Assembly: GCA_947643145.1 (NCBI GenBank)
Contig: CANRVD010000002.1
Coordinates: 8,360-72,359, forward strand
DNA from: an uncultured bacterium
GTDB lineage: Bacteria; Bacillota; Clostridia; Lachnospirales; Lachnospiraceae
Direction of reading: 5' to 3'
Length of the DNA: 64,000 nt
In this document: piece after piece, positions 9,866-19,317 of the stretch
Layout: each line of letters begins with the position of its first letter
Position numbering within the stretch: the first letter of the stretch is position 1
Program-made: the position numbers and the translations under genes
Notes under the pieces: generated by a model
The model's database searches: none
The model's input: only the letters and a program-made list of their open reading frames with translations
What the model was told of the DNA's origin: nothing

Positions 9866-12800
9866 TTAAAATTCTAATTCCATTTGTTCTACCACTTCAA
9901 TTTGCGATACCACCATTGTTTCGGGTTCATCGCCTTTTATGTGATTTACCCGAAGATATTGCATTCCATTTCTCAGGCTTGCCGCAATCAGATTCAGGAC
10001 ATAAATATTATCAAAGCGGTTATAAATGGATTCCCCGCCAAGTCCGGTCAGACAGATTAACTGGGTATTTGCCTTTTTGGCGATATCCATTAAAGGTTTT
10101 AATAGATGGGAAGCGTTTGTCTGGGCAAAAGGATTATCCATAACAAGCACTTTTCCTTCATTCCGGTCAGCAAAGAAATCTGTGTCATCCTTTCTCATAT
10201 AATAAAGCAGGCTGGAAAGAATGACAAAGGCAGATAAAAAGCCTTCTCCACCGGAATTTTTTGCCACTTCCGCCCAGGTAATCGGATATTCTCTCTGGGC
10301 TTCTATTTTGTACAGCCTGATTTGTACATTGCTAATCCCAATTACGGTATCGTACAGTTTTTTCGTTGTAATCTGCGTGCCGAAATATTCCTGTGCATTT
10401 TCATTTTGCTCAAAAAGAGCAATTCCCCTTTTGGTAATTTCATCAATCATATCAAGAAGGCGGATATGATATAGTTCTGCATTTTCTTCCCATTCCGGCA
10501 GCCCCATCCGCAGCATCTTCAAAGGCCGTTCCCTGACGGTAATGGTAGAATTTGCATCAATTTTCCCAAGATTACTATGTACCTCTTTTACATAGTCCTC
10601 CATGAGCTCTACAATTTTTTCCTTCTCTTTCTCGATTACAGAAATGTCAACCTCCAGCTTTTCCATTAAATTATCATAGGACTGAACGGTTGTATGAAGC
10701 TGATGCAGCACCTGAGCGGCATCCTCTGTCAATTCGAGCATTGCTTCCAAAGGCTTCCGGTAGAAATCTTCTGCAAAGGCTTCCATACGCACAATCTGGT
10801 TAAGGACACGCTCCAAATGTTCCCGCCTGTCGCGGCATTTCTCTATTAACTCTTTATAATCCCTGACGAGGCTTCCTTTTCTGTCACGGAGTTGTGCGCG
10901 GCCCATTTCAGCAATATTTTCCTCCCAATCCATCTCTTCATCGGCTGGCAGGTTACTATATTCTGCCAAAGCTGTCAGATTTTCTTCATAACTTTGCAGG
11001 GCTTCATGGAAAACATCTGCTTTTTCCTGCAACTGTTTTTCCTGAAACAGAAGTTGGTTTTTGGCAGCATCAAAATCCTTATCCTGAATCTCTTTTTTCG
11101 GAAGAACGTCTTCTTCATCACATTCTGTCTGAATCCGTTTCAGCTTGTCCAGCATTTGATTTTTTAAGACTTCAATCTGTGTCTCTTCCTTATGGAAGAG
11201 CATTTTTTTGTTTTCAATTTTTTTCTTTAAGTCCTCTAGCTTGATTTCCAGATGGGTTTCTTCTTTTTCGTTGTAATCTTTGTCAAGCCAGACATTATGC
11301 TCCAGCCTGTATTTTATCCTGAGGCGTTCCAGTTCTTTTTCTGCATCCTGATACCGTTTTAACGCTTTTTGTTCCTGTGTTTCGAGCTCCTTTAACGCTT
11401 GTGAAAGACCGGAAGTGATTGCTTTAAATCTTGCTTCCATATCGGCAATGCTTAGTGTTTCAATCTCTGTACTGTCTTTGATTTGCGGCTTTTGGTTATA
11501 GTCCGCATAGCACCGGAAGCTTTCCTGCAAAAGTGTCTCTTCTTTTATCAGATTTGCTTTTTGAAATTCTATTGTTTTTAGCTGTTCCTGAAGTTTGTTA
11601 AGCTGGCTGTTAGATAACTGCTTTCTTTCCAAAAGCCGTTCCGTATCCTTTCTGCATTTTTCCAATTCTGCAAAATCCTGCTCATATATTTCGTAGAAGC
11701 TGCAAAGTTGTTCAAAATCTTCTGTGCGGCGCCTCTTCTCCTCAATTTCCCTGACTGCTTTCTGGATTTTGGCTTCTAACTGTTTCACAGAATCTCTGAC
11801 AGATAGAAGCTCTTCTGAAGAGGTACGAATTTTTTCTGTCAGTTCTTCGATTTGGTGTTTTAATTCTTCCAGGGCTTCTTCATTTTCTTTATAAAGCTCC
11901 CTGCTGACTGCCTGATTGCGAATCGTTTCCTTTCGCTCGAAGTATTCTTCATATTCTGTATTTCTGATTTGAATCGCATCCTTTTTTCGTTGAATCTGCT
12001 GTTTCAGTTCTTCTGCTATAAGTGCCAGTTTCTTTTCATTTAACAGATTTTCGTTAAAAAGCACATAAAAACTCACACCGGAAAAGGAAATAACACTTCC
12101 CGGAAATTTTTCCTGTTTTGTTTCAAGCTCTTCTCTCCTGACAATTGGGATTGGAAAAGAGGTATAAATATCTCCTGCATGGGCAGAAAGTTTTTCCAGC
12201 TCCCTGTCGGAACAGATTAAAGCATATGGCAAAAATGGATGGCGGCGTACCAGTTCCTTATTCTGTTTTTCAGAGTATCCATTCTTTTTCAGCCATTCCA
12301 TACCATATACCACATGAATGCCTAAATCTGCCAGCTCTTTACTTAATTCTTCCGGTAGTTCCAGTGTCTTTCCCTGTGTCAGTTTCTGATATTCCTTCTC
12401 CAGTGCGTCCTCCTCTTTTTCGAGACTGCGGCGAAGCTGTGCAATTTCCTGTAATTTCCGATCAGAAACATGCAGGATTTTATCAGTATCAAATTTGTCT
12501 TCTTCTGACATATCCAGGTATTTTAAAATATTGGCCCGCACAGTAAGTTCATTGTTGTAGTTTTGCTGTAATTCTTCTTTCTGCTGCTGTTCCCAGATAT
12601 TTTTCTGCTGCGCCTTTTTCTGCTCCTCCAGATTGCGCTCCAATCCTCTGATTCGTTCCTTAGAATCTTCAACTTGTTTTTTCCTTCTGGTTTGCAGTCT
12701 GAGCAAGTCCTCCATTTCCTGTTTATAAACGGTCCCTTTGATATCTAACATTCCTGGCTCATAACTTCCCATAATGTTTCGTGAAAGGTTTTCTCCATAA

Positions 12801-14281
12801 CGCTTATTAAAACGTTCTTCCTGTGCGTCATAAGACCTGACATTGCTTTTTAAAGACCCCTCTTTTGCTGCATTTTCCCGTATTGCCTGCTCGGTTGCTT
12901 CTATTTTTTCCTTCCGTTCCGAAATATCTTTCTCGGTTTTTTGTATCTCTTCGTCTGTTTCCCTTTGATTTTTGGTGTTACTTTCTAATAAAGATTCATA
13001 ATGGCACTTTAGTTCATATCCCAAAAAACTGCGCTCCGGTACTAAGTCTTCATTTTTTCTGTGAAAAACGGCTACCTTTTGCTGAACCTCCTGCAGCTCT
13101 GTTAATTCCTCTGTTACAATAGACTGCTGTTTTGCACACAGAAGCAGATGAAGCGTTTCTTCACTTTCGTGTTCTTCCCGCTCTAATTCATCCTGTTCCA
13201 TTCCAATCATATCTCTGTTCAGGATGTGATATTTCTGTCCTTCCTCTAACTGATAATATTCTCCCGACAATTTTTCATATTCAAGACGCGCTGCAGCTTC
13301 TTTTATTTCATCCAGCTCACTTCTGACCTCCTGCATTTTTTCCTGTACAGAATTTTTTACCAGATCCAATTCACGGATAAAGCCTGCAATTTGTTTTTCC
13401 TGTAGTTTCTTTTTCTGCTCTGTTTCCTGATATTGCAAAGCCTTTTCCTCAATCCTGCAGCTTTCCTCTTTAAACAGGTGGATAGTATCCCGGCGCTGGA
13501 TTTTAGACTGATTATCCTTATATTGCTCTGCGTATTTTCCGGTAATTATCTGAAACTCCCGCATACGGTCTTTTTCTTTATTTAATTTGCCCTCCACTGC
13601 TTCCAAAAACCATTTTTCCACCAGTCCTCTTTCATCCTTACAGTCTGCGAAAAGATTGGAAAGCCCGGATTCTTCCAAATTTACTTTTTTGATGATAGTT
13701 TCCCATTCCTTATAATTAATCTGATATTCCGCCAGCTTGTCAAAATACTGTCTGGACTGGGCAGAGTTGCCCATATCATAATAAAAGAAATTCAGAGAGG
13801 AGTCCTTTTTAAATCCTTCAAAGAGCTGGCGGCAGGCGGTAAAGTTTTTTAAAACCATCTCTTTCTTTCCCTTTTCGACAACCGGAAGATGATGGATATC
13901 CGTAAGACAGGATTCCTGATATTCCGAAATAAAATTAACCAAATCCAGATTGTCTGTCTGCTCACCATCCATGCTTTGGCTTCTTCGCACCATCATTCCT
14001 GTCAGCACATATCCTGCTCCCTGATCTAAAATCCACTCCACTAAGATAAATGTCGGTTTTCCTGTTGTAAAATAACTTTCAAAAGGACGGTCTTTTGCAT
14101 CCCTGTAGCGTTTGTGAACAAAAGGAGCCGTCATCATTTGGACAAGGACAGATTTTCCGCCTCCGTTGCGGAGGGAAAGAAGCGTGCTTTCCCCATTCAA
14201 ATGAAAAGTCTCATCACTGATTTTAATTGCATTATTGTTATAATTTAGGTTAATGAAACGGACTGTATTTATTTTACTCAT
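9866..14281 (-). CDS. jetC: Wadjet type III SMC-like ATPase
   Basis: 1471 aa; Walker A LRNGGGKS, long coiled coil, signature SGGE, Walker B VMDNPF. Confidence 0.85.
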   Translation of the reverse strand: MSKINTVRFINLNYNNNAIKISDETFHLNGESTLLSLRNGGGKSVLVQMMTAPFVHKRYRDAKDRPFESYFTTGKPTFILVEWILDQGAGYVLTGMMVRRSQSMDGEQTDNLDLVNFISEYQESCLTDIHHLPVVEKGKKEMVLKNFTACRQLFEGFKKDSSLNFFYYDMGNSAQSRQYFDKLAEYQINYKEWETIIKKVNLEESGLSNLFADCKDERGLVEKWFLEAVEGKLNKEKDRMREFQIITGKYAEQYKDNQSKIQRRDTIHLFKEESCRIEEKALQYQETEQKKKLQEKQIAGFIRELDLVKNSVQEKMQEVRSELDEIKEAAARLEYEKLSGEYYQLEEGQKYHILNRDMIGMEQDELEREEHESEETLHLLLCAKQQSIVTEELTELQEVQQKVAVFHRKNEDLVPERSFLGYELKCHYESLLESNTKNQRETDEEIQKTEKDISERKEKIEATEQAIRENAAKEGSLKSNVRSYDAQEERFNKRYGENLSRNIMGSYEPGMLDIKGTVYKQEMEDLLRLQTRRKKQVEDSKERIRGLERNLEEQKKAQQKNIWEQQQKEELQQNYNNELTVRANILKYLDMSEEDKFDTDKILHVSDRKLQEIAQLRRSLEKEEDALEKEYQKLTQGKTLELPEELSKELADLGIHVVYGMEWLKKNGYSEKQNKELVRRHPFLPYALICSDRELEKLSAHAGDIYTSFPIPIVRREELETKQEKFPGSVISFSGVSFYVLFNENLLNEKKLALIAEELKQQIQRKKDAIQIRNTEYEEYFERKETIRNQAVSRELYKENEEALEELKHQIEELTEKIRTSSEELLSVRDSVKQLEAKIQKAVREIEEKRRRTEDFEQLCSFYEIYEQDFAELEKCRKDTERLLERKQLSNSQLNKLQEQLKTIEFQKANLIKEETLLQESFRCYADYNQKPQIKDSTEIETLSIADMEARFKAITSGLSQALKELETQEQKALKRYQDAEKELERLRIKYRLEHNVWLDKDYNEKEETHLEIKLEDLKKKIENKKMLFHKEETQIEVLKNQMLDKLKRIQTECDEEDVLPKKEIQDKDFDAAKNQLLFQEKQLQEKADVFHEALQSYEENLTALAEYSNLPADEEMDWEENIAEMGRAQLRDRKGSLVRDYKELIEKCRDRREHLERVLNQIVRMEAFAEDFYRKPLEAMLELTEDAAQVLHQLHTTVQSYDNLMEKLEVDISVIEKEKEKIVELMEDYVKEVHSNLGKIDANSTITVRERPLKMLRMGLPEWEENAELYHIRLLDMIDEITKRGIALFEQNENAQEYFGTQITTKKLYDTVIGISNVQIRLYKIEAQREYPITWAEVAKNSGGEGFLSAFVILSSLLYYMRKDDTDFFADRNEGKVLVMDNPFAQTNASHLLKPLMDIAKKANTQLICLTGLGGESIYNRFDNIYVLNLIAASLRNGMQYLRVNHIKGDEPETMVVSQIEVVEQMELEF

Positions 14282-14984
14282 TTTCTGCCACTCCTAATAC
14301 ACGCCGGATTCTCTGGTAATTATTCTGGTTTAAAAGATTCCAGTCCATAAAATTATCCAGCTTTTTTGTTGTCATAATCATTTCATCCTGCTCCACATAG
14401 TCCACCAGCCCCTGCTTCTGTAAGAAAGTCAGAATCTGATGCAGAAAGCCTTCCTTCGTTGTACGGGCATGGGAACCCTTTTCGTCAGAACGTAAGGCTT
14501 CGTATGCTTCTAAAATATCCTGAAAGGCAATTCCATCTTCTTCCTCGTCCCCTGCATTTTCTGCGCCTTCTTTTAAGCGCTGTGAAAGGCAGTTCTGCAA
14601 CTCACCTACCCGTATATATTCCCTCGTCTTACTGCTGCTTCCCTGTCCATCAAAAAATTCTACTAATATTGTCAAAATGACAAACTGGGAAAGATAATAA
14701 TCTTTATCCGTTGCATTAGATTTGCAAAGCGCTGCCTTAAGCTGTGGTTTTGAAAATCCAAGAAAATTATTTTCCTCTTTTGGAATCAGGTAAATCACAT
14801 TTCCATATCGTTCTATCGTACTGTTTGCAAGCTCGCCTTGCGATTTTACAAGATTCTGAATCTCTTCCTGCTCTGTATATGCCTTATACAAAATGTGCTC
14901 TGCGTCTCCCGGTAGTTCATGATGTTCTAAAAGATAATAAAAAATCTCCTGACTGGTTTTTATATCCTCTAATTCATATGCCAT
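14274..14984 (-). CDS. jetB: Wadjet type III JetB (DUF6063-like)
   Basis: 236 aa, overlaps the jetC start; size and position match the MukE-like subunit. Confidence 0.75.
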   Translation of the reverse strand: MAYELEDIKTSQEIFYYLLEHHELPGDAEHILYKAYTEQEEIQNLVKSQGELANSTIERYGNVIYLIPKEENNFLGFSKPQLKAALCKSNATDKDYYLSQFVILTILVEFFDGQGSSSKTREYIRVGELQNCLSQRLKEGAENAGDEEEDGIAFQDILEAYEALRSDEKGSHARTTKEGFLHQILTFLQKQGLVDYVEQDEMIMTTKKLDNFMDWNLLNQNNYQRIRRVLGVAENE

Positions 14985-14990
14985 TTGTTT

Positions 14991-16610
14991 TTACTCCTTC
15001 CCCGTCACTCTTATGATTACATTGGAACATTTAATATTCTTTTTTTCTCCTCTTTCGCTGGTAACATTTTCAAAAACCACAGCTTCGCTATTTTCCAGAC
15101 GGTAGGTTTCTATTTTGGCAATTCCGCTGTTTTCAGGATAATCCTCAATCAGGTGCAGCAGCATTTCATTTAACTGGAATTCTATTGGTTTGTCCTGGAT
15201 ATACTCGCTGCGTTCCTTTTGTAAATCCATAATATCAATTTCCCGGTTTCTGATTAATTCCACCATAATTTCTTTAAAAATTTCTACATTTGGAATCAGA
15301 TTACTCTTTTCTACATCATTATCTGCCGTCTTTTCTCTGATTTCCAATAAAGAAACTTCTCCTTTTTCCACTGCCATTTTCAATAGGCAGCCAAGGCTGT
15401 TTTCGTATTTTTCAAGCTTTTCTGCCCGAAGCTGTTCCTGCTCTTTTTGCCATTCCTCTTCATCAAAATCAATCTGTTCTGCGGAATCTTTTTCTTCCTT
15501 TTTTCGGGTTGGTTTTTGTAATTCAAAGGCCTTGTTGATATTATAGCTTTTATCAATTTCCCGGTTAAATAATGGTCTTAAAAAATAATCCAGATTTTCT
15601 AAAGCCGCTGGCTTGTCCAGTATTTTATCATATAATTCTGCCCGAAGCGGAAATCTTTTAATCAGTGACATCTGCGACAATGCTTCTAATTCTTTTGTGT
15701 AAACGGCTTTTAAATCAAAATGGCTGTTCAAAATTCTTTGGTGCTCATCAATTGTCCTGCTCAGATAACGTTCAATTTCTTTCAGATGATTCAACTTTTC
15801 TTCGTCCTTTTTACTTAGGCGTTTTACATTAATATTTTCTTCTTCTAATTCCCTCGCCCTGCTCTTTACCAACTCCCTGTAATTCTGAAATTTCTGCTTT
15901 GTATCGCTAATTGTTTCCAGGTTTTCAAGCAAAATTTCCTCATAGTCCTTTACGGAATAATTCAGCGCGTTGCGCCGTATTTTCCCAACTGCTTCCTGAA
16001 TTTTCTGAAGCTGGATTCTCATCAGGTTAAAGACATTTTTAATTTCATCCACAGCTTTATCATAGCTTTGTTTTTCCAGATGCATCTGAAAAATCATTTC
16101 GTGGATTGTCAGCTTCATATTATTTTCAATCTCAAGGGTAGACAATAAAAGATTATATCCATCATCTGTCAGATAATAAGAAGTTCTCTTTAATTCCTGG
16201 TCGATATAGATAATTTTGTTTGCCACATAGCTGATATGCATAATGTGGTAGGCATTGCTTTCAAAATCAAAGCCATCAAAATACATTACTTTTCCTTCGT
16301 TTGACAAAATAATATTAACAATAAAATCTCCCAGCCGCCTGCAATCCTCATAAGTCAGTTCCTTTTTAAAATGCTGTACATTTATGGTATCAATATACGC
16401 CCCAATGTCATCCATTGTACAGTTTTCTTCCTTTAAAGACTGCTCCATAATATATAACATAACCGCAAAAATTAGATTAATCTGCTCGTCTGCTTTTAAA
16501 AATCCATACTGTTTCCAGGTGGTTCTCTGCATACTGTTCTGCATTAATACGACATACATTCCCACATGCTTCATTCGCTTTGGAAAATGCTCTAAAAAAT
16601 CATACCGCAT
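14991..16610 (-). CDS. jetA: Wadjet type III JetA (kleisin-like)
   Basis: 539 aa, SYYLTDDGY motif, coiled coil; operon position. Confidence 0.75.
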   Translation of the reverse strand: MRYDFLEHFPKRMKHVGMYVVLMQNSMQRTTWKQYGFLKADEQINLIFAVMLYIMEQSLKEENCTMDDIGAYIDTINVQHFKKELTYEDCRRLGDFIVNIILSNEGKVMYFDGFDFESNAYHIMHISYVANKIIYIDQELKRTSYYLTDDGYNLLLSTLEIENNMKLTIHEMIFQMHLEKQSYDKAVDEIKNVFNLMRIQLQKIQEAVGKIRRNALNYSVKDYEEILLENLETISDTKQKFQNYRELVKSRARELEEENINVKRLSKKDEEKLNHLKEIERYLSRTIDEHQRILNSHFDLKAVYTKELEALSQMSLIKRFPLRAELYDKILDKPAALENLDYFLRPLFNREIDKSYNINKAFELQKPTRKKEEKDSAEQIDFDEEEWQKEQEQLRAEKLEKYENSLGCLLKMAVEKGEVSLLEIREKTADNDVEKSNLIPNVEIFKEIMVELIRNREIDIMDLQKERSEYIQDKPIEFQLNEMLLHLIEDYPENSGIAKIETYRLENSEAVVFENVTSERGEKKNIKCSNVIIRVTGKE

Positions 16611-16681
16611 TTCTTATTTCCTCATTTTCTAATGGATTATCATGAAAATCCCACGTATACGGGACAATCAGTTTTCATTTC

Positions 16682-17683
16682 TTAAAAGTCTGCTATATTT
16701 AAAATTTCCTGCGGAATATATTTTTCTTTTTCTAAAATCTCTTTCATCTGCTTTTCCTTTTCTATGGAAAAATAAGAAAAGAAATGTTCTGAAATATTCC
16801 TGTTCTGTTTCTCTTTGGTTTCCGGTAAGCCAGCCGTCTGTTCCGCTTTTTCCAACATCTTTTCATATGCCTGTACAAATGGCAAAATTTTCCATCGGGA
16901 CCGGTAGGAGTTAGCAAGCTTTTCATAAATTCCAATTCCCTCATAATCCAAATCGCCAAAATATAAAATTCTGTTTTCGATTTCTGCCATATAAGGCTCC
17001 ACACAAAAATCAAAATCCTCAAATGACTTGAGGATTCTTTTGCCTGCTCCATAAATCAAAGTTCCGATTTCTTCTCCAAATATTTTGCTTTTTCCTTCCA
17101 GTAAATGACGCCGCATACTGTAAAAGGTATCTTTATTTTCCAAAATCAAAAGACTTTGAGGTGTCAGACGTGTATGGGAATAGTAGGACAAGGGCTCTGC
17201 CGTGTTGTAAACATTTAGCTCTTCCATATTTAAATTACAACACTTTAAAATGCGCTTTCCCTGTTCCTTCGTTAAAAATTTTTCCCTGTTCCAGATTTCA
17301 AAACTCCGTTCATTCACTGACTCCTGATAGGAAAGCATTTTTAGATTGTTACGCAAATAGTGATTCAGCAATAAAACAAATTCTCTGTCTTTTTCATAGT
17401 TTTCTAAATGGGACAAATAATAATCTACAGAAATCATGGGATGCAGTCTGTATTTTAACTCTTCTTCTAATGCACTGTAATCTTTTTTCGCTTCTATTAT
17501 CCAATAGGAACGGTATAATGCCGGACTTTTTCCATTTGTGCCAGAGGACCTGACCGGTTTGATTTTCTTCTGCTCTAATAAATTTATCACAAACTGATAC
17601 TGCTGCTCGTAAGAATTCCTTATGTGGGATTTTAAAAGTTCTTCCAAAGAAATACGCTTCATCCTTAAGTCCCCGTTTGTCAA
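16682..17683 (-). CDS. jetD: Wadjet JetD TOPRIM nuclease (DUF2220-like)
   Basis: TOPRIM motifs ILENKDTF and YFGDLDYEG; ATG at 17662 is an alternative start. Confidence 0.85.
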   Translation of the reverse strand: MTNGDLRMKRISLEELLKSHIRNSYEQQYQFVINLLEQKKIKPVRSSGTNGKSPALYRSYWIIEAKKDYSALEEELKYRLHPMISVDYYLSHLENYEKDREFVLLLNHYLRNNLKMLSYQESVNERSFEIWNREKFLTKEQGKRILKCCNLNMEELNVYNTAEPLSYYSHTRLTPQSLLILENKDTFYSMRRHLLEGKSKIFGEEIGTLIYGAGKRILKSFEDFDFCVEPYMAEIENRILYFGDLDYEGIGIYEKLANSYRSRWKILPFVQAYEKMLEKAEQTAGLPETKEKQNRNISEHFFSYFSIEKEKQMKEILEKEKYIPQEILNIADF

Positions 17684-17927
17684 ACATTTGTTTCTTCTTG
17701 CATTATATCCTCTTTATTCCATCTTATCAACAGTAAAATGATATTTCTAGATGAAAAAGTTGTATAAGGAAGATAAAATGATATAATCCATAACATTAAG
17801 CAAAAGGATAATGAAAAGCGACAAAAAGAAAGACTAGTATACAAAACATGAAAGAAACAGATTTCAATTTGACAGTGTAGTATCAATGACGAAACAAAGT
17901 ATAAATCTAACCGGAAGGGAGAAGAGT

Positions 17928-18214
17928 ATGATTACACAAAGTGGGAAGAAGAATGTTACCGTTCCTGTGCAGATAGCATTGAAAGCCTTTTCCTGCCGGA
18001 AAAGAATTTGGATTTGGAGGCTGATTTAAAAAAGCAGACGGTTTTAAGTGATGATTATTTCGAGCTGCCCCGAAAAGTTATTGTGAGAATCTATGAATCC
18101 GTTGGGCGTTGGACGAAAGAATTAGGACCGAATGGATATTTTACTTTTATAGGCCGGTATTTCGGAACGGAAATCAAGACTTTTAAAAAATATTTATTGA
18201 AGACAGATTTTTAA
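17928..18214 (+). pseudogene. Small hypothetical gene, possibly frameshifted near its start
   Basis: RBS+ATG at 17928 is out of frame with the long WEEECYRS...KTDF frame; followed by a terminator. Confidence 0.35.
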
Positions 18215-18228
18215 ATCAGTAAATATTG

Positions 18229-18267
18229 AAAATGAGAGACTTTTATCTTTACAAGTCTCTCATTTTT
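18229..18267. terminator. Intrinsic terminator
   Basis: AAAATGAGAGACTT...AAGTCTCTCATTTTT hairpin. Confidence 0.7.
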
Positions 18268-18273
18268 CTATTA

Positions 18274-18431
18274 TTACTCCGGTGGTTAAATATCGCAGTT
18301 TTAACTCGTTTAAATTCCTGGTTACATTTTGCCAAAAGCCTCGATGTAGCACCACTACACCTACGTTTTTGGCAGATGTATCCGAAAATTTATACTTCGT
18401 AAAATCATGCGATATTGAACTTCCGAAATAA
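18274..18431. mobile_element. MITE, arm type A / core type 2
   Basis: 158 bp, TA flanks; near-identical reverse complement of 30628-30785. Confidence 0.9.
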
Positions 18432-18447
18432 TAGTAATCCGGATTTC

Positions 18448-18888
18448 CTATAAATAAGGCTGTAAATTTTTACACAATTTTTCTTCAATCGTTGCCAGGC
18501 GTTTGCAAATATTTTGGACAGTCTGGTTTGCGGCAGGATATTGGTTCAGGTATTTGTAAAGGGATTTTACACCCATATTGCATCCATCTGTGATTAAATC
18601 TGCGATAGTAGAATCGCTGTCGCTCATGCCTATTTTCATATTTGTTTTAAGCCAGGACATGCCTTTTGCCATAATGCCTGGATCTTTTTCTTCGCTATGA
18701 TATTCAAGCAGCAGGGAATGAACCTCATTACCGAGTTTTTCATGGTGTTCTTTGCTTTCCGTCAGTAAGTTTTTCATTTTATCATTCTGTGTGTTTTCTA
18801 ATACTTCGTCAATGGTTGAGACGGCCATCTTTGTGCCGGCATCACATTCCTTAAGCAAATTAATTGTATCCATATTTTCCATAAGCAT
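18448..18888 (-). CDS. Ferritin-like four-helix protein, probably sporulation-related
   Basis: 146 aa helical protein, AGGAGG RBS, SigG-like promoter upstream. Confidence 0.65.
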   Translation of the reverse strand: MLMENMDTINLLKECDAGTKMAVSTIDEVLENTQNDKMKNLLTESKEHHEKLGNEVHSLLLEYHSEEKDPGIMAKGMSWLKTNMKIGMSDSDSTIADLITDGCNMGVKSLYKYLNQYPAANQTVQNICKRLATIEEKLCKNLQPYL

Positions 18889-18925
18889 CCTCCTGATATA
18901 TTACGAAATCAAATATTTTTCTTTT

Positions 18926-18954
18926 TAGTTTGTCTAAAAAGAAAAATTTTATGC
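18926..18954 (-). promoter_or_regulatory. SigG-like forespore promoter
   Basis: GCATA-N17-CAAACTA on the minus strand. Confidence 0.5.
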
Positions 18955-19081
18955 TATCAAACTATAATATATGATAAAATTAATTTAGTAAATGATTAAA
19001 AAAATAAATATATTTGAAGAAAGGAAACTTTAGTGGTTACTATTCACGGTAATTTTTTAGTCAATTTTTAGCAAATAAAAA

Positions 19082-19112
19082 TTGACCGGGGGGGGGTATT
19101 GCGTGATATATT
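19082..19112 (+). promoter_or_regulatory. SigA promoter with a G9 tract in the spacer
   Basis: TTGACC (19082-87), G9 (19088-96), TGnTATATT (19104-12); spacer 19 bp. Confidence 0.6.
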
Positions 19113-19317
19113 AAAAATACATATAGGAAGTGCATTGTCGGAAGTGCACAGGTAGTTTTCTGCTGGTATATCGCCAAGTATTTTTCTGTTTGATTCGATA
19201 GTATGTTTGCATAATCAAAGTTTGGTTTTACAGCTATGGAAAAATAGAAGAATGCCTGTTTTTTATAGCGGTATTTTCACAGAAAAGTTTTTCAAAAATC
19301 TAAAAGGAGGATATGAG

